A model generated the notes under the pieces. It saw only the letters and a program-made list of their open reading frames with translations. It was not told the origin of the DNA and did not search any database. Both the position numbers and the translations under genes were made by a program. Positions 25,217 to 35,084 of a stretch of DNA of 64,000 bases are shown piece after piece. The DNA is from a virus: IMG/VR virus record IMGVR_UViG_3300031227_000013. The stretch is one strand, 5' to 3'. The stretch's first letter is position 1. Each line of letters starts with the position of its first letter.

Positions 25217-25972
25217 TTAAGCTATTCCGGTAGCCTGTTTATGCAGAGCCCTTAGAGACGGAAGAACTTCCTCCGATACTTCCCTAAGACTAAACACAAT
25301 ATCCAGAGCTTTCGAATATTTCTCCTCGTTGCCAGCTATTTCATTTAAATCAGTCATGTCCTTAGCCGCCAGAGGTATTGTGTTTTTAATAATTTCAAGG
25401 GTCGCGGTTATCTTTTTACAATTATTAGTATAACTGCGTCTCGCTTCCGAATGTTCTTCAGTTCCTTCTGTAGGGGCTGTATTTCCACCACCATCTTCCG
25501 GAGGATTCAGTCTATTCATATACTCACTGAGTTCCTGTTCCAGTTCTGAAGGTCTGATACTTTCCTCGGCGATCTTATTTTCGAAATCAATACGATCCTC
25601 TTTATCTTTAACCGAGATAAGTTTATTGATAATACCCCAACCGATATGTTTCTTATCCATAGCAGAATCAAGTTCCTTACGACTGTATTCCTTAGCAAAC
25701 TGTGCATACCGGTATAAACGTTTAACATTCATATCCGGAAGTTCCAGCTGTTCAGCAAAATTTTCAATCGTCTTTTCCCCGTATACTGCAGCTTCTTTAA
25801 TGAGATTAGTTTCATATCCCATTTCCCAACATACTCTGAGAGTCGATTTAGAAATACCTTCAATATTAGTTTTGAAGTACTCCACCATTTCATCCCAGCC
25901 TTTAAATGAGCCTTTAGATTTATCATCGCCCGGCTCTACTACTGCAGCTTCTTGTTTCTTTTCTTCTGACAT
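25217..25972 (-). CDS. DUF1016 N-terminal (YhcG-N)-like helical domain protein
   Basis: CWEMG...YGEKTIENFAEQL...RLYRYAQFAKEY...IGWGIINKLISVKD...R...SELE pattern; no nuclease domain follows. Confidence 0.55.
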   Translation of the reverse strand: MSEEKKQEAAVVEPGDDKSKGSFKGWDEMVEYFKTNIEGISKSTLRVCWEMGYETNLIKEAAVYGEKTIENFAEQLELPDMNVKRLYRYAQFAKEYSRKELDSAMDKKHIGWGIINKLISVKDKEDRIDFENKIAEESIRPSELEQELSEYMNRLNPPEDGGGNTAPTEGTEEHSEARRSYTNNCKKITATLEIIKNTIPLAAKDMTDLNEIAGNEEKYSKALDIVFSLREVSEEVLPSLRALHKQATGIA

Positions 25973-25982
25973 ATTACTTTCC

Positions 25983-26525
25983 TTAATTTAATTCGTTCTC
26001 TTTTACAAATACACCCAAATTCAAAATATACAAATCTTTTCCTGAATTTCCTGGATAAATAATTCTAGGTTTCTTCAGAATCTCCTCACAGCCCCTTGTG
26101 AAGTTATGAAAAATATGATCCCCACAAAACTTAAGAGGAAAGATAATACCTACTTCCTCATTAGTTTTTAACAGAGACATCATTTCCTTCCACAAGGGTG
26201 TAATAGATATTCCCTTATATAGATTATAAATATACAGATTCGGATACTTATTAATAAATAATTTATTAATAAAAGGATCCCCGGATCTATGCTTTACTTC
26301 TTCCAGCTTGTCTTCAACCCTGTCGTCCTTCCAGATATCAATCAGTGAAACATCTTTAAGTATACTTCCGAAATACTTAGCAAGTATCTTTTTCCGATAT
26401 GCACTGACCGATACACTCTTTTTGGATTCCATAGCTGAAGCAAACCCCTGCATGAAATTATCAGGTTTGAGTCCCATCGCCGAATACCTTCCATGTTCTG
26501 AAGCCTGCCGCCTTCTGCAGATCAT
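25983..26525 (-). CDS. Hypothetical protein
   Basis: About 165-180 aa ORF after recA. Confidence 0.65.
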   Translation of the reverse strand: MICRRRQASEHGRYSAMGLKPDNFMQGFASAMESKKSVSVSAYRKKILAKYFGSILKDVSLIDIWKDDRVEDKLEEVKHRSGDPFINKLFINKYPNLYIYNLYKGISITPLWKEMMSLLKTNEEVGIIFPLKFCGDHIFHNFTRGCEEILKKPRIIYPGNSGKDLYILNLGVFVKENELN

Positions 26526-27576
26526 GCATGTATTCTTTGTCTTCGAACAGAGTCTGTCCCAGTTCCGTATCAGATACCCGGACTTTCCCTAACCGCTGAG
26601 AAGAATACTTATTAGCATTACATGTGACATCACTGGCTTTCGCCACTCTACCTGATACTTGTTTATCTACCAATAGACGGGCTGTAGCCGCATGCCAGTC
26701 CCATACTGTATTCTGTATAGGATTTCCATCTTCGTCCTCTTCATCGAAATCCCACAGAACAGGAACACTTATTTTCCTGTTAGCCGGACCCATCCCACAC
26801 TTCTCAGCTTTCATACCTATAAGGTTACCTTCTCTGGATACCAGATCGATAGCCTTTATCTTATTCATATAGATATACTGAGCCGCATGGAAGTCCTGAG
26901 ATGAACCACCTGACTTAGTCTTAACCTTAGCTGGACCCGTTGAATCTATCTTGTCTTTAAGATGATTCGTGAACGCCAGTATAATGGGCTGATTAATCAG
27001 CTCACTGGATAACGCCTTGTAGTAGTTTGACCAAAGGAGGGCCGCCTCAGGAAAACTCCTTTCGGCAAATCCTGCTTTACGGATATCGTTCTGAATATCC
27101 TCCGTAGTACTACCTGCCAGACTATCCACACATATTACGAAAGGCAAATCCTTTTCAGGACAATTCTTTTTATAATATGCCAAGGCTCCTGATACTGCTA
27201 ATTGAGCTTCCTGGACTGTAGAAACAGTGTCTATGCGTATACGGTCTCTATTCTTAGACCCTATAATAGAATTCAGAAAATGAAGATTAAGTTTATTCTC
27301 CGTTTCTATTAAGTGGGCTACTCCTCCGGCTTCTATAGCCAGACGCATCGCAAAAAATCCGAATGCGCTTTTACTACTTGCCTGAGGTCCCGCAAGACCC
27401 ATTATTTTTCCTAACGACATTATATTCGAATGAAACAAATACTGCAGGGCGAAGGAGGGGAGTTCCAGGCCTACCTGGTTCTCCTCCTCCTGTGTCCCCA
27501 CAAGTACTCTGTCATCTCCGAATTTAGCGCGTCCCTCATCAAGGAATCCTTGAAAAAAAGCACTAACTTCGACCAT
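26461..27576 (-). CDS. recA: RecA/UvsX-like recombinase
   Basis: Walker A GPQASSKS, IETEN, CVDSLA, FTNHLKDKI. Confidence 0.85.
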   Translation of the reverse strand: MVEVSAFFQGFLDEGRAKFGDDRVLVGTQEEENQVGLELPSFALQYLFHSNIMSLGKIMGLAGPQASSKSAFGFFAMRLAIEAGGVAHLIETENKLNLHFLNSIIGSKNRDRIRIDTVSTVQEAQLAVSGALAYYKKNCPEKDLPFVICVDSLAGSTTEDIQNDIRKAGFAERSFPEAALLWSNYYKALSSELINQPIILAFTNHLKDKIDSTGPAKVKTKSGGSSQDFHAAQYIYMNKIKAIDLVSREGNLIGMKAEKCGMGPANRKISVPVLWDFDEEDEDGNPIQNTVWDWHAATARLLVDKQVSGRVAKASDVTCNANKYSSQRLGKVRVSDTELGQTLFEDKEYMHDLQKAAGFRTWKVFGDGTQT

Positions 27577-27586
27577 GATATACCTC

Positions 27587-28846
27587 CTAACCGTTAGCTC
27601 TCGCGAGAGCCGCTTCCTTCTCGGCTATCAGAGATTTCATTATAGGATTTTCATCAAGCGCTGTAGGCTTGACATCCTCGTTATTTGCGGTACCATCATT
27701 AACAACTACCGGAGCAGCGTCTATCTCTGACGGACTTATAATATTAAGTGCAGGTGTTTCAACCGGCACAGCCAGAGGTTCCTGAGGCGTCGCAATAGGC
27801 GTTACCGGAGGTGCCGGAGGCTTTACAACAGGCTTCGCATCAGCAACTGATGAAGAACCTATACTATCAGCAATAGGTCCGGTTGTTCCAGGCACATTAA
27901 CTGTAGCAGGTTTACCATCAAAAGCTCCTTTTACATGTTCCGGAATGAACTGTGCATATTCAGGATCAGACCTGAATGCATAATCCACAGAAGCACTGTC
28001 AAACGATTCACACAGTCTGGCAATCTGCCATGCCGCTGATTCAACTCTCAACAGGTTATCCCACGGTACGAATGTTTCTTTGACATATTTATCTGCCAGT
28101 TTAACAGGTTCCCCTGCTCTTACAGTATACCGCTTACGGCTCTCAGCATTCAGGAAAGAATCCACTAAAACAGTTCTTCCTGTCTCAGGAGTCGTAATAT
28201 CACCCATCTCTGAATTAAGTGCTGATAAGGGCTGTGACTTATCTAATATCTGGATAAGTTTATTTTCCATATCCATAGTAGCAGATCTCTGAAACGCCAT
28301 GATAATAGGAGCAATCTGAATAACAGCCCCTGTATTTTTATCTGTACACGCTTCCCCGTCCAGCTTAATAAGCACACCCTGCGCCATCATTACACACAGC
28401 GGTAAACTTGCCTGACCGCCCCACTTTAGCCATTCAGCCCACTCAGGCCTGGCTTTACTTCCTTCTTCCTTTACAAAAGTACCCAGCTTGTTGTAGAATA
28501 TTTTAGAAGGGCTGTCTTTGTCAGGGAAGTCAGTTGTATCTGTTACAAACTGAAATTTTCTGGATCCCAGAAAACTTACATACTCAACCGCGTGGAATGC
28601 ATCTGAAATACCTTCCATAGGATCACCGTCTACCGGAACTACCTGCGGAATAAATTCCCCGTCTGTATCGACAGCACAGAACAATTTTATTTCCGTTAGT
28701 TTACCAGCGGTACTACTTTTAGGAGAATAGACCCTGTGTGGGTGCTGTGAAAGCACCGTGAAATTACCAAAGGCTTCTCTTCCTCCTCCTGCATCTTTTC
28801 TTGCATAACTCATTATTTGTTTCCTTATTGTTGTGGGGGATCCCAC
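27587..28846 (-). CDS. Hypothetical protein, possibly ssDNA-binding
   Basis: Lies between DNA polymerase and RecA; Pro/Ala/acidic disordered tail; function inferred from position only. Confidence 0.55.
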   Translation of the reverse strand: MGSPTTIRKQIMSYARKDAGGGREAFGNFTVLSQHPHRVYSPKSSTAGKLTEIKLFCAVDTDGEFIPQVVPVDGDPMEGISDAFHAVEYVSFLGSRKFQFVTDTTDFPDKDSPSKIFYNKLGTFVKEEGSKARPEWAEWLKWGGQASLPLCVMMAQGVLIKLDGEACTDKNTGAVIQIAPIIMAFQRSATMDMENKLIQILDKSQPLSALNSEMGDITTPETGRTVLVDSFLNAESRKRYTVRAGEPVKLADKYVKETFVPWDNLLRVESAAWQIARLCESFDSASVDYAFRSDPEYAQFIPEHVKGAFDGKPATVNVPGTTGPIADSIGSSSVADAKPVVKPPAPPVTPIATPQEPLAVPVETPALNIISPSEIDAAPVVVNDGTANNEDVKPTALDENPIMKSLIAEKEAALARANG

Positions 28847-30594
28847 TTAAGTAGAAATCCCTGTTCATTATGTATCGGTTCCGCCTCTTTGTACCAACGG
28901 TCCATCAAAACCGATTCTGTTCTTATCGCGACGTCCGGAATTACCTTAGTCATTCCTTTAATCATTAACTCTTCTACATGCCCTACCTCTTCAGACATTT
29001 GTTGTGGGTTGGTTATTTTTATTTCGTTGATTGTCTCATCATGGATAAATGCAACTGTTCGTATACGTTCTTTAAACATTAACCACAGTGCTTCTTTAGC
29101 TCCGTCACTGGCTAAACTCTGGAAAGAATTATTACAACTCTCTGTGTATGAACACATTCCACGAATTCTACCGGTTAGTGTTTTACTAATATATTTACCG
29201 GGATACTCGAGCTGTTGTTCAGGACAAAGATGTTCTTTCATTTCCGGAAACGCTTTCAACCACATATTCCTCATATGCTCCGCCTCCATATACGAGACAG
29301 TTAATCCAAATCCTTTAGCATACTGAACAAATGTTTTAGCAGATAGGCCTCCTGGAAATCCAAAATTCGGAATCTTAGATTTCTGACGTTCTGATTTTGT
29401 TATTTTATCCTCATCTTTAGAGAATATAAATGAACCTAGATATTTATGACAATCTATACCTTCATTTATTTTATCTGCCAATACACTCTTTCCCTGCTTA
29501 ATCAAAGTATCCTGTGCTAAAGCACATAATTCTACCTGAGAGTAATCACTAGCATTAAACCAATGCCCCTCTGTCGGAATAAAGATTCCTCTAAGTCCTT
29601 CAGCCTTTGGAAGGTTTTGGCAGTTAGGCTTTGAGCTGGATGTGCGACCAGTTACAACACAGCTATTAAACCGTGTATGTACCCTACCGTCCTTTCCAAT
29701 AACATCTTCGCCAAGATAAGTCTTAATCATCTTATTGAGATGTGCCTGCTTTGAATAGGCATCCAGAAAGGGATCCGTAATATCCAGCCCGTCCAGTACT
29801 TCCTGACCAGTCTTTATTTTATTAGTCTTAACAGTACGGGGCAATTTAATATTATACTTAAATTCCAAATCCTCCATATACTGCTGCATAACCAATTGAT
29901 TGCCCTTCTGTCCCGGAATGAAGCCATTATCCTCCATTATAAGAAGACAGTCATATAGTGCAGTCTGAAACTTTGTTTCCAAACGACTTCGTTCAGACTC
30001 ATCAACTCTCAGCCCCAATCGGCTTATATAGTCAAGAGCGATAGCACCTTTAACCTGTACATCCTCTGTAGCCTGATATTCAAGCTTCATAGCTATATCA
30101 TATGTATGTACCGGATCATCAGCCGCGTATTCAAGATGGGCTGTGCTGGGGTCTTCACTCCTGCTGAATGTAAGACGTATGTCCTCATTCTTATCTATCT
30201 CTCTATTCAGAACATGCTTACATACATATTTCAGAGATCGCTTTGTCAGATAGCCTTGTCGTTCAATCTGCATCAGAACAAATCTAAGCATCGTGTCGAC
30301 TATTCTTCCTTCATCCACAGCTTTTATCAGAAACTCGGGATATCCTAACACAGCCATATCAAATGCCGCGTTATGAAATATGAATCTTCCTTTAGGATTC
30401 CACGTATTCAGTTCATTCAGATATCCTGGGATATCAGGCCACTCTACCAGATGCACTATATTCCCATCGTATACCTGCATCAGAACTACATTGGGGATTG
30501 TATGATCGACGATAAGTTCTGTCTCGGTATCTATGGCTATGTCCGGAGCACAATGTACACTTTCTCCGGGGCACCACAATACATATTTAGCCAT
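28825..30594 (-). CDS. polA: Family A DNA polymerase with 3'-5' exonuclease, no 5'-3' exonuclease
   Basis: DTETE (ExoI), HNAAFD (ExoII), YAADD (ExoIII), TGRTSS..PNCQN, DYSQVEL (A), R...K..NFG..GG (B), FIHDE (C). Confidence 0.92.
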   Translation of the reverse strand: MAKYVLWCPGESVHCAPDIAIDTETELIVDHTIPNVVLMQVYDGNIVHLVEWPDIPGYLNELNTWNPKGRFIFHNAAFDMAVLGYPEFLIKAVDEGRIVDTMLRFVLMQIERQGYLTKRSLKYVCKHVLNREIDKNEDIRLTFSRSEDPSTAHLEYAADDPVHTYDIAMKLEYQATEDVQVKGAIALDYISRLGLRVDESERSRLETKFQTALYDCLLIMEDNGFIPGQKGNQLVMQQYMEDLEFKYNIKLPRTVKTNKIKTGQEVLDGLDITDPFLDAYSKQAHLNKMIKTYLGEDVIGKDGRVHTRFNSCVVTGRTSSSKPNCQNLPKAEGLRGIFIPTEGHWFNASDYSQVELCALAQDTLIKQGKSVLADKINEGIDCHKYLGSFIFSKDEDKITKSERQKSKIPNFGFPGGLSAKTFVQYAKGFGLTVSYMEAEHMRNMWLKAFPEMKEHLCPEQQLEYPGKYISKTLTGRIRGMCSYTESCNNSFQSLASDGAKEALWLMFKERIRTVAFIHDETINEIKITNPQQMSEEVGHVEELMIKGMTKVIPDVAIRTESVLMDRWYKEAEPIHNEQGFLLKWDPPQQ

Positions 30595-30899
30595 TATCTA
30601 CTCCTTTTTAAATTCTCCACACCATTCGGTACTCTCTGTTTCAAGCCATAGACCTATTAAATTACTCTGCGCTATGGGAGGGGGGTATCTTTTACACTTT
30701 CCCCATCTCAGTTGTATATTAGCATATTCTTTTTCAAACCAGAATATACATTCAGAACACTCTTCTCTATTCATCTTCAGCCCGCCCCTCCTTTTTATCT
30801 GAATCCATCTTTTCTTTAATTTTTCCAGTCGTGTAATCCATCAGAAGGTTAAACCCCTTCTTACATAGATCAGCTGCACTGTCTATCAACTGTTGTATA

Positions 30900-31142
30900 C
30901 TACTTACTGTCTTGTCCATTGTTTATTCCTTTTGTTATTTCACCACATCGTGTACATACATCATGCACATATATTTTATCTTGAGAGCGTTCTATTTCAT
31001 TAGGAGTCTCCCATACTATGTTCTTGATATCTTTTGAATCTAGATTATCAGGCCATATACTATGATATCTAGGTTCGAAATTATGACAATCTCCTCCTTG
31101 ATATATACATTCAGTCATTTCAACCACCTTTAACTTTCTCAA
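30900..31142 (-). CDS. Small hypothetical protein
   Basis: C...C...CTRC. Confidence 0.6.
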   Translation of the reverse strand: MRKLKVVEMTECIYQGGDCHNFEPRYHSIWPDNLDSKDIKNIVWETPNEIERSQDKIYVHDVCTRCGEITKGINNGQDSK

Positions 31143-32148
31143 TTATAAGTTCCCACAGTTCATCAACTGTGTAATCTGCGGGGTCTCCTTTAGATAATTG
31201 TACTAAATAGAAACCTTTATCGAATAGCCCTTCCCTGTACTTCTCGTAGAATTCCAACGCCTCTTCCGCCGCATCTGCATCCAGCAAAAGTACTCCGGCA
31301 TTACCTCCCAGAGAATGCTTAATAATCTGAGCCTGCCGGGTGGAAGGAGATTTACCCAGGCAGCTAATAGCCTTCGCTCCTATCCTGTGTACATCGGTTA
31401 TACCTTCAACTATGATTGTCCACAGTTCCCTGCGATTCATGTCTCTGTTGTATATAACCTGACTTTTAAGAGACCCTTCGGGAAAGTAATACTTGCGAAC
31501 TCCCTGCCTCTGCTGATCCTTTGTTGGCTCCCAACACAGACGAGCCTGCCAAAAGGCCATTTCCCCGTTATAATATACAGGGTAGATAATCTTAGGCCCG
31601 TTGTACGGATACTCTTCCAGAACCTCACAGCAATGTACGTCCCAGCTGTTATACAGAATATCCAGATCAAACTTTCTACCTGTAAGGTATTCTTTGACCT
31701 GCCCCGGAGCTTCCGGAGAGTTTACCGGAATACAATTATCCGGAAATTTAAACGCGGCTACTTTCTTCTTCTTATAATTTGCCGGTAGTATCTCTGCTTT
31801 ATAATCATCAAAATTTATTTCCTTTCCTATCTGTTGTTTAAGTTCATAGTTAGAACATCTTTCATTATGACAGTAGAACAGACTGTTGGTCTTTACTTTG
31901 AAATCACCCCTCTGAACCTTTTTAAATGCCCAGTGGCTGATAAACAGTCTGTGTTTCCTATCACCGCAGGACGGGCAGTTTACCTTATACTCTTCCCCGT
32001 CCTGACACCGTACAGCCCTTAGAGACTTACCATCCTTAACCGTCTCAAGGGCCCCTTCACCTCCCATGTTCACCACACTCACATCATCATCGAATATTGT
32101 GCAGAGCGCATTGAACAGGGGTACGTTCATTATATTTTCTTTATTCAT
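31120..32148 (-). CDS. DNA primase (Zn ribbon plus TOPRIM)
   Basis: CPSC...H...C zinc-binding domain; IVEGITD and DAD TOPRIM motifs. Confidence 0.88.
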   Translation of the reverse strand: MNKENIMNVPLFNALCTIFDDDVSVVNMGGEGALETVKDGKSLRAVRCQDGEEYKVNCPSCGDRKHRLFISHWAFKKVQRGDFKVKTNSLFYCHNERCSNYELKQQIGKEINFDDYKAEILPANYKKKKVAAFKFPDNCIPVNSPEAPGQVKEYLTGRKFDLDILYNSWDVHCCEVLEEYPYNGPKIIYPVYYNGEMAFWQARLCWEPTKDQQRQGVRKYYFPEGSLKSQVIYNRDMNRRELWTIIVEGITDVHRIGAKAISCLGKSPSTRQAQIIKHSLGGNAGVLLLDADAAEEALEFYEKYREGLFDKGFYLVQLSKGDPADYTVDELWELIIEKVKGG

Positions 32149-32156
32149 AAATACTC

Positions 32157-33650
32157 CTATTCACCGAACTGAGCCGTCGCCGACTCACTGTCCAGCCCTT
32201 TAAGATGTCCGACATCCGCTTTACTGCGGTTACCGGAATTATCACGGTTGTCCATTGTTTTAACTTTAGGAACTATCTTTCCGTTTGTAAGCATAAAATC
32301 ATTATCCGCTTTCACAAACTTTATATAATCCCCTCTAAGTTTTACGAGTATATCAGAAGACGCTGTAGCTCTTACTTTAGAAGCACAGAACCATGCTATC
32401 TGTTCCTCAGACAATACTCCTATCGCAAAACAAACATCCATATACCACGCGAATCCTTTCCATTCAGCCGCATCTGTCCAGTTAGGTTTCCTGTTAGAGG
32501 AAGCTCCTGCCTTGTCAGCTGTCAACTGGTGATTGACTATTATTATTATATTACGGTTGTTCTTCATAACTTTCAGAGCATCCATAAACTGTGTCGAATA
32601 GAGACGGAAAGACTCGTTTGTTAAACTTGTCACTCCTTCTCCCACCATAGCTCTCTGTACCAGAGGAAGCAGCCAATCTATTACTACCAACGTAGGGGGG
32701 CCTTCTTCGGGAAGATTAAACTGGTCTAGAATATACTGTATATCTTCCAGACCCTTTGTTCCCGCTATCCCCTTACTCATATCCGCCATATGAAATCTAC
32801 CTTTTATTCCTTCAATAGACTTCGTATACTTTTCACGGACACCGTCTTTCAGCTCCTCCATTGTCTTCCCTCTGAATAATTCAGTGGAAAGACCTGTTAC
32901 AGCCGAACACAGTCTGGAAGATATATCACCCTCCAGGGGCTGTTCGTACGATAGTAATACAGAGTGTCTGTCCGGATGCTGTCGTATCCATGAGATAAGA
33001 ACTTGTATAGCAAAGGTAGTTTTACCTCCGCCGGAGGGTGCCAACAACCCCAGCAGATCGTGTCTCCAGGGGCCTCCTCGAAGCATTGTATCTACAAATT
33101 CAACACCAGTAGGAAATACTTCACTGTGCGTCATGTACTCCCCCATGTTTTCCAGAGGATTCATAATACTCATCTGATCGGACATCCCCAACCTGCGACT
33201 GTCGATCTCCGAAGACATTTCCTTCAATATACTTCCAGTAGTTGTACCTCTTTCAAGAACCATTTCCAGCTTCTTCGTAGTATCCCTGGCTATCTGGTTA
33301 TTAATAACTTTTTCAAGTATATTATTAGCTATAGAGGGACTTAGTTCTTCGGTGTCAATTTTGGAAGCGTATTCAAAAGTCTGTTTTACCAGATTTTTTA
33401 TAGTGTCGTCAAACCCTGATTCTTCCAGACGTTCATATACTTTATATTTAAGACTTCCTACCGCCATAAACTCATTGTGCTGGTAGTAAATATCCCGGAT
33501 GACCTTAGCTATAAAGTCATGGGCTGTATACTTAACCGGATCAAAAACCGGCTCATCTGTTTTCTCAACAAAATTTAAAAATGTCTTAGGGTCTTTCAGA
33601 ATATGTAGAAGAAGTATATCATAATCGCACTTACTTAAAATATCACTCAT
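32157..33650 (-). CDS. dnaB: DnaB-like replicative helicase
   Basis: APSGGGKT, SYEQ, VVIDWL, VNHQL. Confidence 0.88.
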   Translation of the reverse strand: MSDILSKCDYDILLLHILKDPKTFLNFVEKTDEPVFDPVKYTAHDFIAKVIRDIYYQHNEFMAVGSLKYKVYERLEESGFDDTIKNLVKQTFEYASKIDTEELSPSIANNILEKVINNQIARDTTKKLEMVLERGTTTGSILKEMSSEIDSRRLGMSDQMSIMNPLENMGEYMTHSEVFPTGVEFVDTMLRGGPWRHDLLGLLAPSGGGKTTFAIQVLISWIRQHPDRHSVLLSYEQPLEGDISSRLCSAVTGLSTELFRGKTMEELKDGVREKYTKSIEGIKGRFHMADMSKGIAGTKGLEDIQYILDQFNLPEEGPPTLVVIDWLLPLVQRAMVGEGVTSLTNESFRLYSTQFMDALKVMKNNRNIIIIVNHQLTADKAGASSNRKPNWTDAAEWKGFAWYMDVCFAIGVLSEEQIAWFCASKVRATASSDILVKLRGDYIKFVKADNDFMLTNGKIVPKVKTMDNRDNSGNRSKADVGHLKGLDSESATAQFGE

Positions 33651-34146
33651 GCGCTACCTCTTTGTATTCCGGAAAATATCTCTCGCCAAACTCATCAAAG
33701 TATTGCCTCAACTCAGGCATACTTCTCAGCTCATAGATAGCTCCCTCATTATATTTTTCTTTATCCTCCAGCCCTTCTATAGAGGCTAGGATGTATTTGA
33801 ACAGGGTGAAAAATGTCTCCAGATTTGAGCTGATTATCTCTTTTACAGACTGTCCTGACTGTAATAAATATCTGAGACGTTTCTTCTCCAGCTCTGTCTT
33901 TATTCTATTTTCACCGATACGAATATTTCTGAATGCCTGGAATTCCTCCCATGCCTTATCAGAACATACTATACCTTCCACAAGTTTATCAGGCCCCCAG
34001 TACCTGTATACATAATGACAATACTCGTAGGGGGATATACCTGTAGATTCCAGTTTGACAATAAGCTCTTTCACCTTCTCACTGTCCTTAAGACGGTACG
34101 GAACATTGAATTCATGTACCTCTCTGTTTATATCATTGTATGTCAT
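33643..34146 (-). CDS. Hypothetical protein
   Basis: 167-aa ORF coupled to the helicase. Confidence 0.7.
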   Translation of the reverse strand: MTYNDINREVHEFNVPYRLKDSEKVKELIVKLESTGISPYEYCHYVYRYWGPDKLVEGIVCSDKAWEEFQAFRNIRIGENRIKTELEKKRLRYLLQSGQSVKEIISSNLETFFTLFKYILASIEGLEDKEKYNEGAIYELRSMPELRQYFDEFGERYFPEYKEVAHE

Positions 34147-35018
34147 TATTTATTCCTTTTTTCACCAAACATCACATAGCGGTCCCTATGAAAACTATAC
34201 TGCAGAGACCCCTCTTTTTTAATATCTTCGTCCAATAATTCTATCATATCCTTGCTACTGTTTACTATTTTAAGAATATGGCTTAGAAAAGAAGGTATTG
34301 AATGAGCCGCTTTCATAATATTACACACGGGACAACAACTAACTGTATTATCTGTGGTATATCCTTTTAGAGCATTTTTACAATCTATTCCACTTCTAAT
34401 TAGCCCAGCGGAATCTACTGCGGGAGGTTCACTACAATAAAAACAATCGCCTTTAAAAAGAGACATACATTCTTCTTCTAATAATTCGAAACATCTACCT
34501 CTTTTTAATGCATTCTTTTTATAGGTTCGTATTATTCTATGCCACTTAGCTGCATCTCCCTTTAATAAATTATGTTCTATACGATGTTCTTTTCCACATT
34601 TGCGACAACTCTCTTTACCACTCACTAAAATAGCTGCGGCAACTAATTCTTTTTCCCCACAAGAGCATCTACACAACCATTGCCAAGGGTGTATAGCATT
34701 ATCTGTTTTAACAGGTTTTAGAGCAGTTAAATTACCATATTTTATACCTGTTCTATCAACAAACCTGATATTACAAATACCTTCTTTACAACTAAGTTTA
34801 CTTTTATCACAAACTATTTTTTCATGCCCACATTTCTTACATTTAAGTTTTACCATATGTTGTTTAGCGGGACTAAATTTACCATATTTATCAGTATAGT
34901 TATACATTTTAATAGGTAATTCTTCCAGCAATTCAAACTTAGTATTATCAAATTTATAAGTATATTCCTTCTTTTTACTAACTTCTACAACACCTGCATC
35001 AATATTTGTTGTATCCAT
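34146..35018 (-). mobile_element. Free-standing HNH-family homing endonuclease gene
   Basis: TGIKYGNLT...WLCRCSCG DNA-binding module; CFYC...GIDC..ALKGYTTDNTVSCCPVCNIMK nuclease module; visibly AT-richer than its flanks. Confidence 0.8.
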
Positions 35019-35084
35019 GTCTGTATCCTTTTTATTAATAAATTAATTATAAGATACAATACACTGTATAAAGAAGGTTGTCAA

